DNA from: Octopus sinensis
Taxonomy: Eukaryota
Assembly (NCBI RefSeq): GCF_006345805.1
Contig: NC_043001.1
Span: 61,690,001 to 61,754,000, forward strand
DNA length: 64,000 nt
Reading direction: 5' to 3'
Shown here: positions 27,041-43,887 of the stretch, one piece after another
Layout: every line of letters begins with the position of its first letter
Position numbering within the stretch: position 1 is the stretch's first letter
Notes under the pieces: generated by a model
Told to the model about the DNA's origin: nothing
Seen by the model: only the letters and a program-made list of their open reading frames with translations
Databases searched by the model: none
Made by a program: the position numbers and the translations under genes

Positions 27041-27388
27041 CCGCCTTCCCTTCTTTCCTGAGCGTCAATAATACTTTAATTGTTCCACGTCCTGCGTTGC
27101 TGTGTTTTTTTTTTTCTCTTTTTTTCTGTGTTTTTTTTTGGATTAACTTTACATACATACATACATACATACAACATACATACATGCATGCATGCATGCA
27201 TGCATACATGCGTACATACATTAATACCTCATTAGCGCGTCATTCTTTATTCATTATCAAAGTATTTTTAAGACACGACTACTACTAACATGATCTATCT
27301 TTAATAAAATAGTGTGTCAGCCATGCTAATTTTACGTAAATTTGTACCTAGTGTCACTTTGATGGCATATGCTGCTCTCTCACTCATA

Positions 27389-27422
<34 letters not shown>

Positions 27423-27758
27423 TCTATTGGTCACAAGACATGGGTTTTCTTTACTGTCTTTTACTGTTTTTTTTCTTTTCGCTTATTATAAATTGTAACT
27501 TAAAACCCGATGATGTCATTCCATCTACGTGTGGTTACTGGTTGCTCTCGTTCATACTTTACGTTAAATTTCTGTAATTTTGAATTTTTTCACTTCTTAT
27601 TTTGAACTTGACAAAGACGGACGTACTGTTGAAATATCGTTCAACTAATAAAATATCTTACAATCGAATCACGCACTTAGTCTTAATTGTTTACCTTTGT
27701 GAAGAGTTACGTCAATCTTTTTAAAAATATAATGATAATAATAATAATAATAATGATG

Positions 27759-28309
27759 AATGCCTGATGCAGTACCAGGCAGCGGCTCTCATAGTTTCTG
27801 ATCTTAACTGACTGAATTGTTATCACTACATTGTTTTGTCTTGGTATAAAAGATGGGCTACAGCAAATATTCTGTTCAATACCACAGATTTGCTTGTCAG
27901 TTGTTTGACCTTAACCAGTTGACCATGTCCCTTGGTGGCTGACGATATGTGCATCTCTGATCACGAGTAGAAGTAGTGGGGGAGCATCATAGCTATGTGT
28001 TGAGAGGGATTCTTTGGGGTTTGAATAATACACCTCTGGAAACATGGTGTTTTATTCAACATCCTTAAGCAACCCTTATTCAGGGACCTTTTGAGTGCGA
28101 TGGGTTACCCGACCAGAAGGAAATTCTAACTGGGCCCCACTAGCAAGGTCATGCGCTGTTTATCTTGTTATGAGATCACCATGTCGCGCACATATGGTTG
28201 TGATGCATGTGCCCGGTGCACCCTTATCAGACGGTAGTCATGATGGGTATACTGGGCTTCGTATTTTTAACCCAGTGTCGCTTTGATGGCATGCAATGCT
28301 CTCTCACTC
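27759..28309 (+). mobile_element. ~555 bp (TAA)n-tailed non-coding retroposon (SINE-like), copy 1
   Basis: AATGCC(C)TGATGCAGTACC...CTCTCACTC followed by (AAT)n; the same sequence is at 29983, 30674, 35570/40227 and 40583. Confidence 0.75.
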
Positions 28310-29365
28310 AATAATAATGATGATAATAATAATTATGAGGATAATAATAATAATGATAATAATAATAATAATAATAAAATAATAATAATAATATAATAAT
28401 AATATATAATAATAATAAAATAATAATAATAATAATAATGAGAATCCGAGCTAGAATCCGCAACTGGTATCACCGAATTCAATTTGTGAATGAAACGATT
28501 GTGTCAACAGCCCCTTCCCACCCGCGTGTAGCCAAAACAAGATGCTGTGGTCATCTACTGAGATAAAATATGGTTATCCGTAATAATGAAGGGTGAAATT
28601 AATTAATTTGGAAAAATTATCAATTACACCAAGTAGTCTTCGGCATGTAAAAGCCTCATTCGGGGAAAATTTAAGTAATACTAAGCAATAAGGGTTTAGC
28701 AACGAGTTGCCTTACCACATACCGAATTTAGAAATAGCAGTCAAAGGGTTATAGCTATTTCTTCTACTAAAAAGGGAGATCTCAGTAAAAACAGCATTTG
28801 GAAGGCAGACACAAACAGGTAAGAGAGAATGAATTGACTGCAATCTATCATACATTTTTTTAGTTATCCACGGACGTACGTTTCGAAATCAAGTTTTTAG
28901 GAAAGCATAAGAATTAAATAATAAATATTAAATAATTCTATCTTACCGAAACTTCTTTTCTCTTCAGCGTAGAATACTATAATCATAAATGATTATATAT
29001 TGAATTTTGAGATACCAGAAGGCACCAACTCAACTCAGTATCAGAGCGAGCTAGAATATATATATCAACAGGTGTATCGAAGCATATACGTTTACATACA
29101 TACGGTCAAATATGTGTGTTCATACAAGCATACATACATACATAACATGGGATCTCTTAAGCACCACCAGCTCAAATATTGTCTCCTCTGTCTTCCCTCC
29201 TTGGGATCTTTCCTTCTCCTTGTTTCCGACGAAGAGCTCCGCTCGAAACGTTAAACCCGCCTTCCCTTCTTTCCTGAGCGTCAATAATACTTTAATTGTT
29301 CCACGTCCTGCGTTGCTGTGTTTTTTTTTTTCTCTTTTTTTCTGTGTTTTCTTGTTTGGATTAAC

Positions 29366-29397
<32 letters not shown>

Positions 29398-29606
29398 CAT
29401 ACATGCATGCATGCATGCATGCATACATGCGTACATACATTAATACCTCATTCAGCGGTCATTCTTTATTCATTATCAAAGTATTTTTAAGACACGACTA
29501 CTACCAACATGATCTATCTTCAATAAAATAGTGTGTCAGCCATGCTAATTTATTACGTAAATTTGTACCTAGTGTCACTTTGATGGCATATGCTGCTCTC
29601 TCACTC

Positions 29607-29642
<36 letters not shown>

Positions 29643-29982
29643 TCTATTGGTCACAAGACATGGGTTTTCTTTACTGTCTTTTTACTGTTTTTTTTCTTTT
29701 CGCTTATTATAAAATTGTAACTTAAAACCCGATGATGTCATTCCATCTACGTGTGGTTACTGGTTGCTCTCGTTCATACTTTACGTTTAAATTTCTGTAA
29801 TTTTGAATTTTTATCACTTCTTATTTTGAACTTGACAAAGACGGACGTACTGTTGAAATATCGTTCAACTAATAAAATATCTTACAATCGAATCACGCAC
29901 TTAGTCTTAATTGTTTACCTTTGTGAAGAGTTACGTCAATCTTTTTAAAAATATAATGATAATAATAATAATAATAATGATG

Positions 29983-30604
29983 AATGCCCTGATGCAGTAC
30001 CAGGCAGCGGCTCTCATAGCTTCTGATCTTAACTGACTGGAATTGTTATCATCTACATTGTTTTGTCTTGGTATAAAAGATGGGCTACAGCAAATATTCT
30101 GTTCAATACCACAGATTTGCTTGTCAGTTGTTTGACCTTAACCAGTTGACCATGTCCCTTGGTGGCTGACGATATGTGCATCTCTGATCACGAGTAGAAG
30201 TAGTGGGGGGAGCATCATAGCTTTGTGTTGAGAGGGATTCTTTGGGGTTTGAATAATACACCTCTGGAAACATGGGTGTTTTATTCAACATCCTTAAGCA
30301 ACCCTTATTCAGGGACCTTTTGAGTGCGATGGGTTACCCGACCAGAAGGAAATTCTAACTGGGCCCCACCCGCAAGGTCATGCGCTGTTTATCTTGTTAT
30401 GAGATCACCATGTCGCGCACATATGGTTGTGATGCATGTGCCCGGTGCACCCTTATCAGACGGGTAGTCATGATGGGTATACTGGGCTTCGTATATTTTA
30501 ACCCAGTGTCGCTTTGATGGCATGCAATGCTCTCTCACTCAATAATAATGATGATAATAATAATTATGAGGATAATAATAATAATGATGATAATAATAAT
30601 AATG

Positions 30605-30671
<67 letters not shown>

Positions 30672-31231
30672 TGAATGCCCTGATGCAGTACCAGGCAGCG
30701 GCTCTCATAGCTTCTGATCTTAACTGACTGGAATTGTTATCATCTACATTGTTTTGTCTTGGTATAAAAGATGGGCTACAGCAAATATTCTGTTCAATAC
30801 CACAGATTTGCTTGTCAGTTGTTTGACCTTAACCAGTTGACCATGTCCCTTGGTGGCTGACGATATGTGCATCTCTGATCACGAGTAGAAGTAGTGGGGG
30901 GAGCATCATAGCTATGTGTTGAGAGGGATTCTTTGGGGTTTGAATAATACACCTCTGGAAACATGGGTGTTTTATTCAACATCCTTAAGCAACCCTTATT
31001 CAGGGACCTTTTGAGTGCGATGGGTTACCCGACCAGAAGGAAATTCTAACTGGGCCCCACCCGCAAGGTCATGCGCTGTTTATCTTGTTATGAGATCACC
31101 ATGTCGCGCACATATGGTTGTGATGCATGTGCCCGGTGCACCCTTATCAGACGGGTAGTCATGATGGGTATACTGGGCTTCGTATATTTTAACCCAGTGT
31201 CGCTTTGATGGCATGCAATGCTCTCTCACTC
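29983..31231 (+). mobile_element. Two tandem copies of the (TAA)n-tailed retroposon (29983-30540 and 30674-31231)
   Basis: Near-identical copies separated by an (AAT)n tract. Confidence 0.8.
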
Positions 31232-31280
31232 AATAATAATGATGATAATAATAATTATGAGGATAATAATAATAATGATG

Positions 31281-31377
<97 letters not shown>

Positions 31378-31545
31378 TGATGATGGTGACGATGGTGATG
31401 ATGGTGATGATGGCGATGATGGTGATGATGGTGATGGTGGTGATGATGGTGATGGTGATGATGGTGATGATGGTGATGGTGATGATGATCATGATCATAA
31501 TGATGAGGATCATGATGATCATTATCATGATGATGATGATGATGA
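31232..31545. repeat. Compound (AAT)n-(GAT/GGT)n microsatellite
   Basis: Direct reading; it is the source of the poly-N/D/I ORFs in the track. Confidence 0.95.
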
Positions 31546-31929
31546 AACTAAAAATTAGTTGAGAATGACCTCTGGATTTCCAGTCATGCATGGAGCGCAA
31601 AAAATAGTATTAAGTGTTAACTGCAAACGTAAACAGATTGCATATGAAAAGAAAGAATGGTGGCAGAGGACTGAGTAGTATAGACCATTTTATAAGGAGT
31701 GAAAGGAGAACGCTTGCCGAGAATTTGATAAATAGTGACGAAGATCTGCTGCAATATACCGGGATCCATATTATTATTGATAATTTTAAATGCTATAGGT
31801 AGAACGATGGTGGCAATGAAAATCACTGTGGTTATTGAGGCGACACAATGCAAGCACGTTATTTATATATATATATGTGTATGTAAATACACGTGCACCT
31901 ATATATACAAATAAAGAGAGGAAGAGAGA

Positions 31930-35511
<3,582 letters not shown>

Positions 35512-36027
35512 CATTATTATTATTATTATAATAATTATAATAATAATTATTATAATAATAATGATAATAGTGTACCAGGCAGTGGCTTTCATGGCTACTC
35601 ATCTTAACTGATTGGAAGTGTTATCATGTACATTGTTTTGTTTTGGTATAAAAGATGAGCTACAGCAAATATTCTGCTCAATACCAAACATTTGCTTGTC
35701 AGTTGTTTGACATTAACTAGTTGACCATGTCCCTTAGTGGCTGACGATATGAACATCTCTGATCATGAGCAGAAGAAGTGGGGGAAGATCATAGCCATAT
35801 GTTGAGAGGAATTGGAGTGGAGTTGAATAATTCACCTTTGGAAACATGGGTGTTTCGTGCAATATTATCAAACAAACATTTCCGAATGTATCAATAATTG
35901 ATTTTTTCAAAAGTAAGCCTGCTAGTTTTTCATTTTGCTCCTTACTCACTTCACTCTCCCTCTCTGCTTGTCGAACAACTTAATGTTTTTGTTGTTGCTT
36001 ATTTCTCTCTCTCTCTCTCTGTTTCTT

Positions 36028-36067
<40 letters not shown>

Positions 36068-36151
36068 ACACACACCTCTGACAATTAGAATGGCTATTTT
36101 TGTAGGTTAATTTTTCTTTATCTTTATGTGTCAGGTCACTTGAGTGCTACT

Positions 36152-36210
36152 GGTACCATGTAGTCCAGTACAACCTGTTACATGGTCAGGTCGTCGGCGA
36201 CTAAACTGGC
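36152..36210 (+). ncRNA. Candidate HDV-like ribozyme fold in the RTE 5' region
   Basis: P1 ACCATGTA/TACATGGT, P2 CCAGT/ACTGG, P3 ACA/TGT, GG, P4 TCG/CGA, J4/2 CTAA, all in HDV order. L3 is only 3 nt. Confidence 0.45.
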
Positions 36211-37000
36211 AACCCCACCAGGCTTGCTTGGTTAGGCGGGTGTTAGATGGACACCCTGCAAGACAAAAAAATAAGACCTGTCAAAGGGCGGAAGAACTAC
36301 AGCGTAGTCAACGGCCATCAAACGCTCAGCTGCCTTGTTGATAGACTTTTTAGTCAAAGGCTTCGGGTGGGGTCTCCTAAGCTAACCCCCTACTCCGGCC
36401 TAGGCAACCGGGTAATATACGCCTACTGAAAACCATGGATCCTTTTCTCTCTTTCGCCATAGTTTGGATGGCATGGGCAGGATGGGCTTGTCAGCCATGG
36501 TTGGCAACCCTCCTAGGAGAGGATAACTCCGACTTCAAACCTACGGCCCGAGGATCTCGCTGTTACCGTCCCAGCTCACTAGGTCATGGCAGATGAACCT
36601 CGTGCTAAAAGGGTGGGGTCAGTTTGCGCGCACTGCACTTCACCTTAAAAAACTCCCTAGCGCAGGCCAGAGGACATGTCCACGTTCTGTGACCAGCCAT
36701 CCTAAAAGCCCTGCAGTGATGGGAAAGGGGCGAAAGCGGCAGGTGGAAAATGTCACTGGAAGCCGTAGTCTCAACCCTATATGTAGGCGGCTCAGGACTT
36801 TGGTCGCCTGGTTGTCGACCCGGAGGCGACGACACCACTCGGTAGTATCCTGAACGACCAGGCAGCCCTATTTAGGGAGATCACTGCCTGCTCCACATGG
36901 AGAGGGGCGGTAGAAAAGGTTCACCTAAACAAAGCTCGTCTCCTCTATACCCAGTTGGCTAACCGCGGTCAACGGGCATCTTCAGAGTGGTCGAACAAAC

Positions 37001-40000
37001 ATGGAAACAAAACCGAAGAAAAGTAAGCCGGAGTTGAAAGTTACCTGCTGGAATGTCAGGACCATGCTTGACAAAGCTGACAGCAGCCGCGCGGAACGTC
37101 GTTCGGCTCTCATAGCTCATGAATTCTCCCGTCTCAACATTGACATAACAGCTCTCAGCGAGGTCCGCTTCGCTGACGAGGGCAGCCTCAAAGAACGCGG
37201 CGCTGGCTACACCCTCTTCTGGTCTGGAAAACCATCACCTGAAAAACGTGTGTCGGGTGTAGGACTCATGGTGAGGAATTCCATCTCCACCAAACTAGAA
37301 ACGTTACCCACGAGCCACTCAGACTGCATCATATCCATGCGCCTACCACTGGAGAGCAAACAACATCTCACTCTCTTCAGTGTTTATGCTCCAACTCTAC
37401 TGCAGCTCCCGCGGACAAAGACAGCTTCTATTCTGATTTGCGCAGACTCTTGAACAACACCCCTGCAAACGACAAGGTCCTAATCCTTGGCGACTTCAAC
37501 GCAAGAGTTAGGAAGGACTCTGAGGCTTGGAAAGGAGTCCTTGGAAGACATGGCATTGGTGGCTGTAATGACAACAGGCACCTCCTGCTCGAGTTCTGCA
37601 CAGAGCACAAACTTGCTATTACCAACACAATCTTCCAACAGAAAGACCGTCTGAAAACAACTTGGATGCATCCCCGGTCCAAACATTGGCATCTACTTGA
37701 CTATGTGCTTGTGCGCCAGCGGGACCTGACAGGCGTTCTACACACAAGAGTGATGCCAGTGCAGAGTGCCACACTGACCATCGCTTTGTCCGCTGCAAGC
37801 TCAAACTGCAGTTCAAACCCAAACCCAAGAAGAAAGGTAACCCCATAAAGAAACTCAATGTCGACAGCTTGTGCCGGGAGGAAGTTAAAATCAAGTTCCA
37901 AGCAAACCCCTGCACTGATGACACCACCCCAGACCCCTTCTGGCAGAATCTGAAATCAGCCATCCTTAAGACATCTATGGAAGTTCTCAGGCACACAAAG
38001 AAGAAAAACAAGGACTGGTTCGATGAAAATGACAAGGACATCCAGAAATTACTAGCAAGGAAGACGGCAGCTCATCAGGCCTACCTCGCACAACCAGCCT
38101 GTCTTGTGAAGAAAACTACCTTTCGGCGCGCATGCAGCACCCTGCAGCGAAAACTCAGAGAAATGCAGAACAAGTGGTGGGACCACTTGACGTGGAGAAC
38201 CTAGCTGTGAGCTGACCTCGGAGACTATAGAGGCTTCTGTGAGGCTCTGAAAGCACTGTATGGCCCCACCCACCTGTCCAGAGTACCCTACGCAGTTCAG
38301 ATGGACAGGATCTCCTCACCAATAACACCTCCATCCTCGCTCGCTGGTCCGAGCACTTCCAAAGCCTCTTCAGTGCTAACCGTACCGTACAGGACGCTGC
38401 CATCCTTCGCAATCGTCAACTTCCACTCAAAGAACCACCCACCATCGAAGAAACGATTGAAGCCATAGGACAACTCAAGAGTCGCAAAGCAGCAGGAGTT
38501 GACGGCATCTCACCAGAAATCTGGAAGAATGGAGGTCCGATGCTCCATGACAAGCTCGATGGTTTTCTTGTCTGCTGCTGGGAGCAGAGCAAGCTGCCAC
38601 AGGATCTTCGCGACGCCGTCATCATAACCCTGTACAAGAACAAGGGTGAAAAGTCTGACTGCTCCAACTACCGGGGAATCACACTACTCTCCATTGCCGG
38701 CAAAGTACTTGCCAAGATCCTGCTCAATAAGCTAGTACCAACCATCGCTGAAGAAAGCCTCACCGAGAACCAGTGTGGTTTCAGAGCCAACAGAGGCACA
38801 ACGGATATGGTGTTCGTCCTCCGCCAACTCCAGGAGAAGTGCCGAGAACAAAACAGGGGACTCTATGCTACTTTCGTCGACCTTACAAAAGCATTTGACA
38901 CAGTGAGCAGGACAGGACTATGGCTCATCCTGGAACGACTTGACTGTCCCACTAAGTTTCTACAGATGGTGATCCAGCTGCACGAAAATCAGCGTGGTCA
39001 GATTAGACTCAATGCTGACCTGTCGGAGCCCTTCCCCATTTCCAACGGCGTGAAGCTGGGTTGTGTCCTGGCACCGACTCTCTTCAGCATGATGATCAAG
39101 CATGCAACTGAAGATATGGAGGTTGAGGATGGGATGTATGTTAGGTATCGTTTGGATGGCAGTCTCTTCAATCAACGGCGCCTCCAATCCCACGCCAAGA
39201 CCCAGGAGAGGTTGATCCGAGACCTTCTCTTCGCAGACGACACTGTCCTTGTCGCCCACACAGAGCGAGCTCTGCAGCGCATCACGTCCTGCTTTGCAGA
39301 CGCCTCGCGGCTCTTTGGCCAGGAGGTCAGCCGCAAGAGGACGGAGGTGCTTCACCAACCTACACCCCAAGAAGAATACCGCCCACCCCACATCTCTACT
39401 TGAGGTACCGAACTGAAATCAACACAGCAGTTCACATACCTGGGCTGCATCATCTCATCCGGTGCAAGGATCGACGAGTAAATTGACAATAGACTTTCTT
39501 AGGCAAATTGCTCCTTTGGCAGATTGTACAAACGTGTTTGGCACAATGGTGGCCTGAAGAACAAAACAAAGATCAGTGTCTACAGGGCCGTGGTTCTCAT
39601 CACTCTTCTCTACGGCTCAGAGACCTGGATCACTTACCGCATTCACATCCGTCTCCTCGAGCGCTTCCACCAGCGATGTCTCCGCACTATCCTCAACATT
39701 CACTGGAGTGACTTCGTCACAAACATTGGAGTTATGGAGCGGGCCGAGATCCCCAGCATTGAAGCCACGCTACTGAAGTACCACCTCCGACGGGCAGGGC
39801 ATGTCTCCAGAATGGAGAACCATCGCCTTCCAAAGATTGCCCTGTTTGGCGAACTCTCCACCGGCCACCGAGTGAGAGGAGCTCCGAGGAAGCGCTACAA
39901 AGACTGCCTCAAGAAGTCTCTAACAGCATGTCATATTAACCACCAATGCTGGTCAGACCTGGCTGCGGACCGTGATGTCTGGCGCCACACGATCTTCAAC

Positions 40001-40192
40001 GCAGTCAGCAAGTTTGAGGAACAAAGAAGAGACGCCCTTAAAGACAAGAGACGCAGGAGAAAGGCGCGAGCCGCCTCTGACACCACACCGGATGTTACCT
40101 TCGTCTGTGGACACTGCTCACGAACCTGCCTTTCCCATATCAGACTTGTCAGTCATGAGCGTGCATGCACGCGACGTGGACAGCCTTCCTGA
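37001..40192 (+). pseudogene. RTE APE-RT ORF, disrupted
   Basis: Track ORFs 37001, 37438, 37869, 38540 and 39524 are successive pieces of one protein. Confidence 0.9.
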
Positions 40193-40501
40193 TCTTCGTT
40201 CGCGAAGCCGAGCCATGATGATGATTAAACAAACCTTATTTAGGGACCTTTTGAGCAAGATGGGTTTCTTTACCTGAAGAAAATTCTAACTGGGCCCCAA
40301 CTGCTAGGTCATGCGCTGTTATTCTTGATATGAGATCATTATGATATGAGATCGCGCACATATGGTTGTGATGCATGTGCCAGATGTACCTAACCCTAAC
40401 CCTTATCAGACGGGTAGTCATGATGGGTATACGGTGCTTCGTATATTTTACCCCAGTATTACTTTGATAGCACTGCTCTCTCATTCAATTATAGTAATAC
40501 A

Positions 40502-40582
<81 letters not shown>

Positions 40583-40586
<4 letters not shown>

Positions 40587-41140
40587 GCCCTGATGCAGTA
40601 CCAGGCAGTGGCTCTCATGGCTTCTGATCTTAACTGATTGGAAGTGTTATCATGTACATTATTTTGTCTTGGTATAAAAGATGGGCTACAGCAAATATTC
40701 TGCTCAATACCACAGATTTGCTTGTCAGTTGTTTGACCTTAACCAGTTGACCATGTCCCTTAGTGGCTGACGATATGTGCATCTGTGATCACGAGCAGAA
40801 GTAGTGGGGGAGCATCATAGCCATGTGTTGAGAAGGATTCTTTGGGGTTTGAATAATTCACCTCTGGAAACATGGGTGTTTCGTTCAACATCCTTAAACA
40901 ACCCTTATTCAGGGACCTTTTGAGCGGGATGGGTTACTCGATCTGAAGAAATTTCTAACTGGGCTCCACCTGCAAGGTCATGTGCTGTTTATCTTGATAT
41001 GAGATCACCATGTCGCGCACATATGGTTGTGATGCATGTGCCCGGTGTACCCTTATCAGACGGGTAGTCATGATGGGTATACTGGGCTTCGTATATTTTA
41101 CCCCAGTGTCACTTTGATGGCATGCTCTGCTCGCTCACTC
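40583..41140 (+). mobile_element. (TAA)n-tailed retroposon, intact copy
   Basis: Same family as 27759, between (AAT)n tracts. Confidence 0.8.
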
Positions 41141-41170
41141 AATAATAATAATAAAAAAGATGATGATGAT

Positions 41171-41223
<53 letters not shown>

Positions 41224-41230
41224 CAACAAC

Positions 41231-41268
<38 letters not shown>

Positions 41269-41285
41269 TAATAATAATAATAATA

Positions 41286-41332
<47 letters not shown>

Positions 41333-41334
41333 CG

Positions 41335-41715
41335 TGATAATTGACATAGCACATAGCTTGTCCCGGTGACAACAGGATCAATGTGAAAGAAGAAGAAAAA
41401 CTGAATATCTATGACGATTTGAAGTGGCAAATACAAAGGTTGTGGTCAATGAAGAGAGTAGACGTGATACTAATAGTAACTGGCGCACTTGGAAGTATCA
41501 GCACACAACTACTAACATGGCTTAAAAAGACTGATGCAAATGTAAATGTAACACACCTAAAAAAACCAACATTGCTTTGAACTGCAAGAATTCTGCGCAG
41601 GGATCTTGAAGTGAAACCAGTAAACAAGTGTCTCCTTAGTCTGCTGGCTGGGAACAGCTGACACTTTTCATAATACCCAGCAAAATAAGCTGAGAGTTTT
41701 CATCATATAATAATA
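41335..41715 (+). mobile_element. 3' fragment of an R4-like element
   Basis: KEEEKLNIYDDLKWQIQRLW...IVTGALG (RLE C-terminus), short 3' UTR and TAA tail. Confidence 0.75.
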
Positions 41716-42068
41716 ATAATGCATTATTGATCAAGAACCCTGTCAAAAAATGTAGTATGGGGCAATACTGTGTAGGATGATTTAGAAAAACGTCGAAAGA
41801 AAAGGAATAGTAACAAGAAATTCAAAGACATTGTAGTTGTAGTTGTTCTTATTCATTTCGTTCGATTTACTTTCATTTGTCTACCTAATAGAAGTGCAAT
41901 TCATCTACGGCACGAGCAAATTTGAATTAATGGGTTCGTCAAGGAAATTTTGATCAAGTTTATTACATTACTACTGTATACAGAGTGATAAATAAACGCA
42001 TGATAGAAAACTTGATCTACTTGATATTTTCGATCTGGGAGTAAGTTAAATGAAGGAATTACGAAATA

Positions 42069-43045
42069 TCTCTTATTATAAAAGGCAGATTTTATCTGCC
42101 TCCCTTTGTCTCTTATACAAATCTACAATATAGGATTTCTTCAATTACAATTTACCTAGCATTTTTAAGAGTAGAATGCATCGGGTCGTGCCAGGTCCAG
42201 TTTTTAAAATTTCAACCCCAATTAAGCAAAATTTAGAGAAAACTCACATTGTGGTGTCTATGTCAAGTGCTTTTCTTAGTGTGGGCTACAGCACACACAG
42301 ACGCACACACACACAAACGGAGCGAACTGTTTCACTGATGCTATCACCCTAATTTCTCCTCCTCCTTTCTCTTTGCAAGTGTGCAAGGATTAAAGTGAAA
42401 GTAATTCACTTTTTGTAGTGAGTGACTCTTTCACTCTGCATTCCCACTTCCTTTTACACACATAGACATGCAAATATATAAATAAAATTGTAAGCTAACG
42501 TGTGTGTGTGTGTGTGCGTGTGTGTGAGTGTGTGTGTGTGTGTGCGTATGTGTGTGTGAGGGTGTGTGTGTGTGTGTGTGCGTGTGTGTGTGTGCGTGTG
42601 TGTGAGTGTGTGACAGGAAAGTTTTTTAGGACGAATATAAGATCTAAAGTATATACAAGTAGCAGAAAGATCGCCCAAAAGTGTATATAGATATTTAAAT
42701 GTATTTATATATTCATCTATACACAGATGTATGTATAATGTGTGTGTATATTTCCATAGACGTAACCATTCACTCCGCACAAAGTTTTTTAGGACGAAAA
42801 TAAGATCTAAAGTTATCTCTAAGTAGCACAAAGATCGCCCAAAAGTGTATATAGATATATAAATGTATTTATATATTCATCTATGCACACATGTATGTAT
42901 AACGTGTGTGTATATATTTCCATAGAGGTAACCATTCACTCCATACAAAGTTTTTTAGGACGAAAATAAGATCTAAAGTTATCTCTAAGAAACAGAAAGA
43001 TCGCCCAAAAGTGTATATAGATATTTAAAGTTTTTTAGGACGAAA
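42069..43045 (+). mobile_element. Putative Helitron 5' segment containing a ~164 bp minisatellite (about 2.6 copies from 42618)
   Basis: A|TC start. Repeat unit AAAGTTTTTTAGGACGAA...CATTCACTCC at ~42618, 42781 and 42947, with a stub at 43028. Confidence 0.5.
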
Positions 43046-43046
43046 A

Positions 43047-43887
43047 TATTTATATATAAAAGAAAGGTTGTGTGTCTGTCTACTCCGATTTAGATTCCTA
43101 ACTACTCCCACATTTTGCGATGCAGTTTAACCAAAACCGGGTATCTTATAGTCGTGATTCATATCGAGCCCTTCTGGGTATTAGCACGCGTCTACGATGA
43201 GTCTATGATTTTACAAATAATTTACCATCATTTTTTCCATTTTAATGCATTTTAAATAAAGAGAAGTAACTCTCAAACTTCACACCAATATGCGTGCTCA
43301 TATGCGACGTAATATCACATCAGCAGCATTTCCTCACACCCTCCTTGCACTTGGCGAAGGCAAAATACCAGGGGATGAAAATGGTAATATTGCCATCGAT
43401 TCCATTTGTACCATTGTTAAGACGCCTTCTGATCTCAGAGATGCAGTGTTCCCAGATCTACAAGCTAATTATCAGAATATGAATTGGATTGGCAAAAAGT
43501 CTATACTGGCCCCGAGGAATAAAACTGTTCACCATATTAATGATGAAATGCTAAAACTCATTCCTGGGGAAGTCTATGTATATCAGTCTACCGATACAAC
43601 TCCTGACCCAGAGGACGTCATCAACTATCCAATAGAGGAACTCAATTCCTTTGAGCACTCCGGACTACCACCACACTTTCTCAAACTTAAAGTTGGTGCC
43701 CCTATAATGCTCATCAGAAATTTGGTTCCCCCAAAACAATGTAATGGCACACGTTTGATCGTTAAGTCCTTATCTCCCACCGTAAACTTATATCAATATT
43801 TGCCTGAATAATCATCATAATTCAGTGCAATCATTAACAGTACTTTCAAGCAATTCAGCCCCGAGCAACGCCGGGCAATTCTGCTAG
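43047..43887 (+). mobile_element. Helitron derivative retaining a PIF1 helicase fragment
   Basis: The 5' part matches the reverse complement of 6540-6759. It ends CCCGAGCAACGCCGGG...CTAG. Confidence 0.85.
43290..43811 (+). pseudogene. Helitron PIF1-type helicase fragment
   Basis: ILAPRN, SGLPPHFLKLKVGAPIMLIRNL and CNGTRLIV motifs. Confidence 0.9.

Larger units (their letters stand above)
26236..30670. repeat. Direct ~2.2 kb duplication (26236-28440 and 28447-30670), possibly an assembly artefact
   Basis: Both copies contain the last array unit, the TA junction, the mini-element and a TAA-tailed repeat. The first copy is enriched in 1 bp homopolymer deletions. Confidence 0.85.
35878..40226 (+). 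mobile_element. RTE-clade LINE, near full length, frameshifted
   Basis: APE motifs (CWNVRTM, ALSEVR, SVYAPT, LGDFNARV, HLLDYV) and RT motifs (NYRGITLLS, QCGFRANR, FVDLTKAFD, GVKLGCVLAP, LLFADD, YLG). RTE-type 5' motif GGCAACC...GGATAACTCCGACTTCAAACC, (GAT)n tail, 8 bp TSD. Confidence 0.92.
35570..40487 (+). mobile_element. (TAA)n-tailed retroposon split by the RTE insertion (35570-35877 and 40227-40487)
   Basis: The two halves are collinear with the intact copy at 40583-41140. AAACAAAC is duplicated at 35870-35877 and 40227-40234. Confidence 0.75.

Noticed and set aside
40583-40640. HDV-like fold at the 5' end of the TAA-tailed retroposon
   Set aside because: P2/P3-like pairing exists, but P1 is bulged and P1.1, P4 and the catalytic C are absent.
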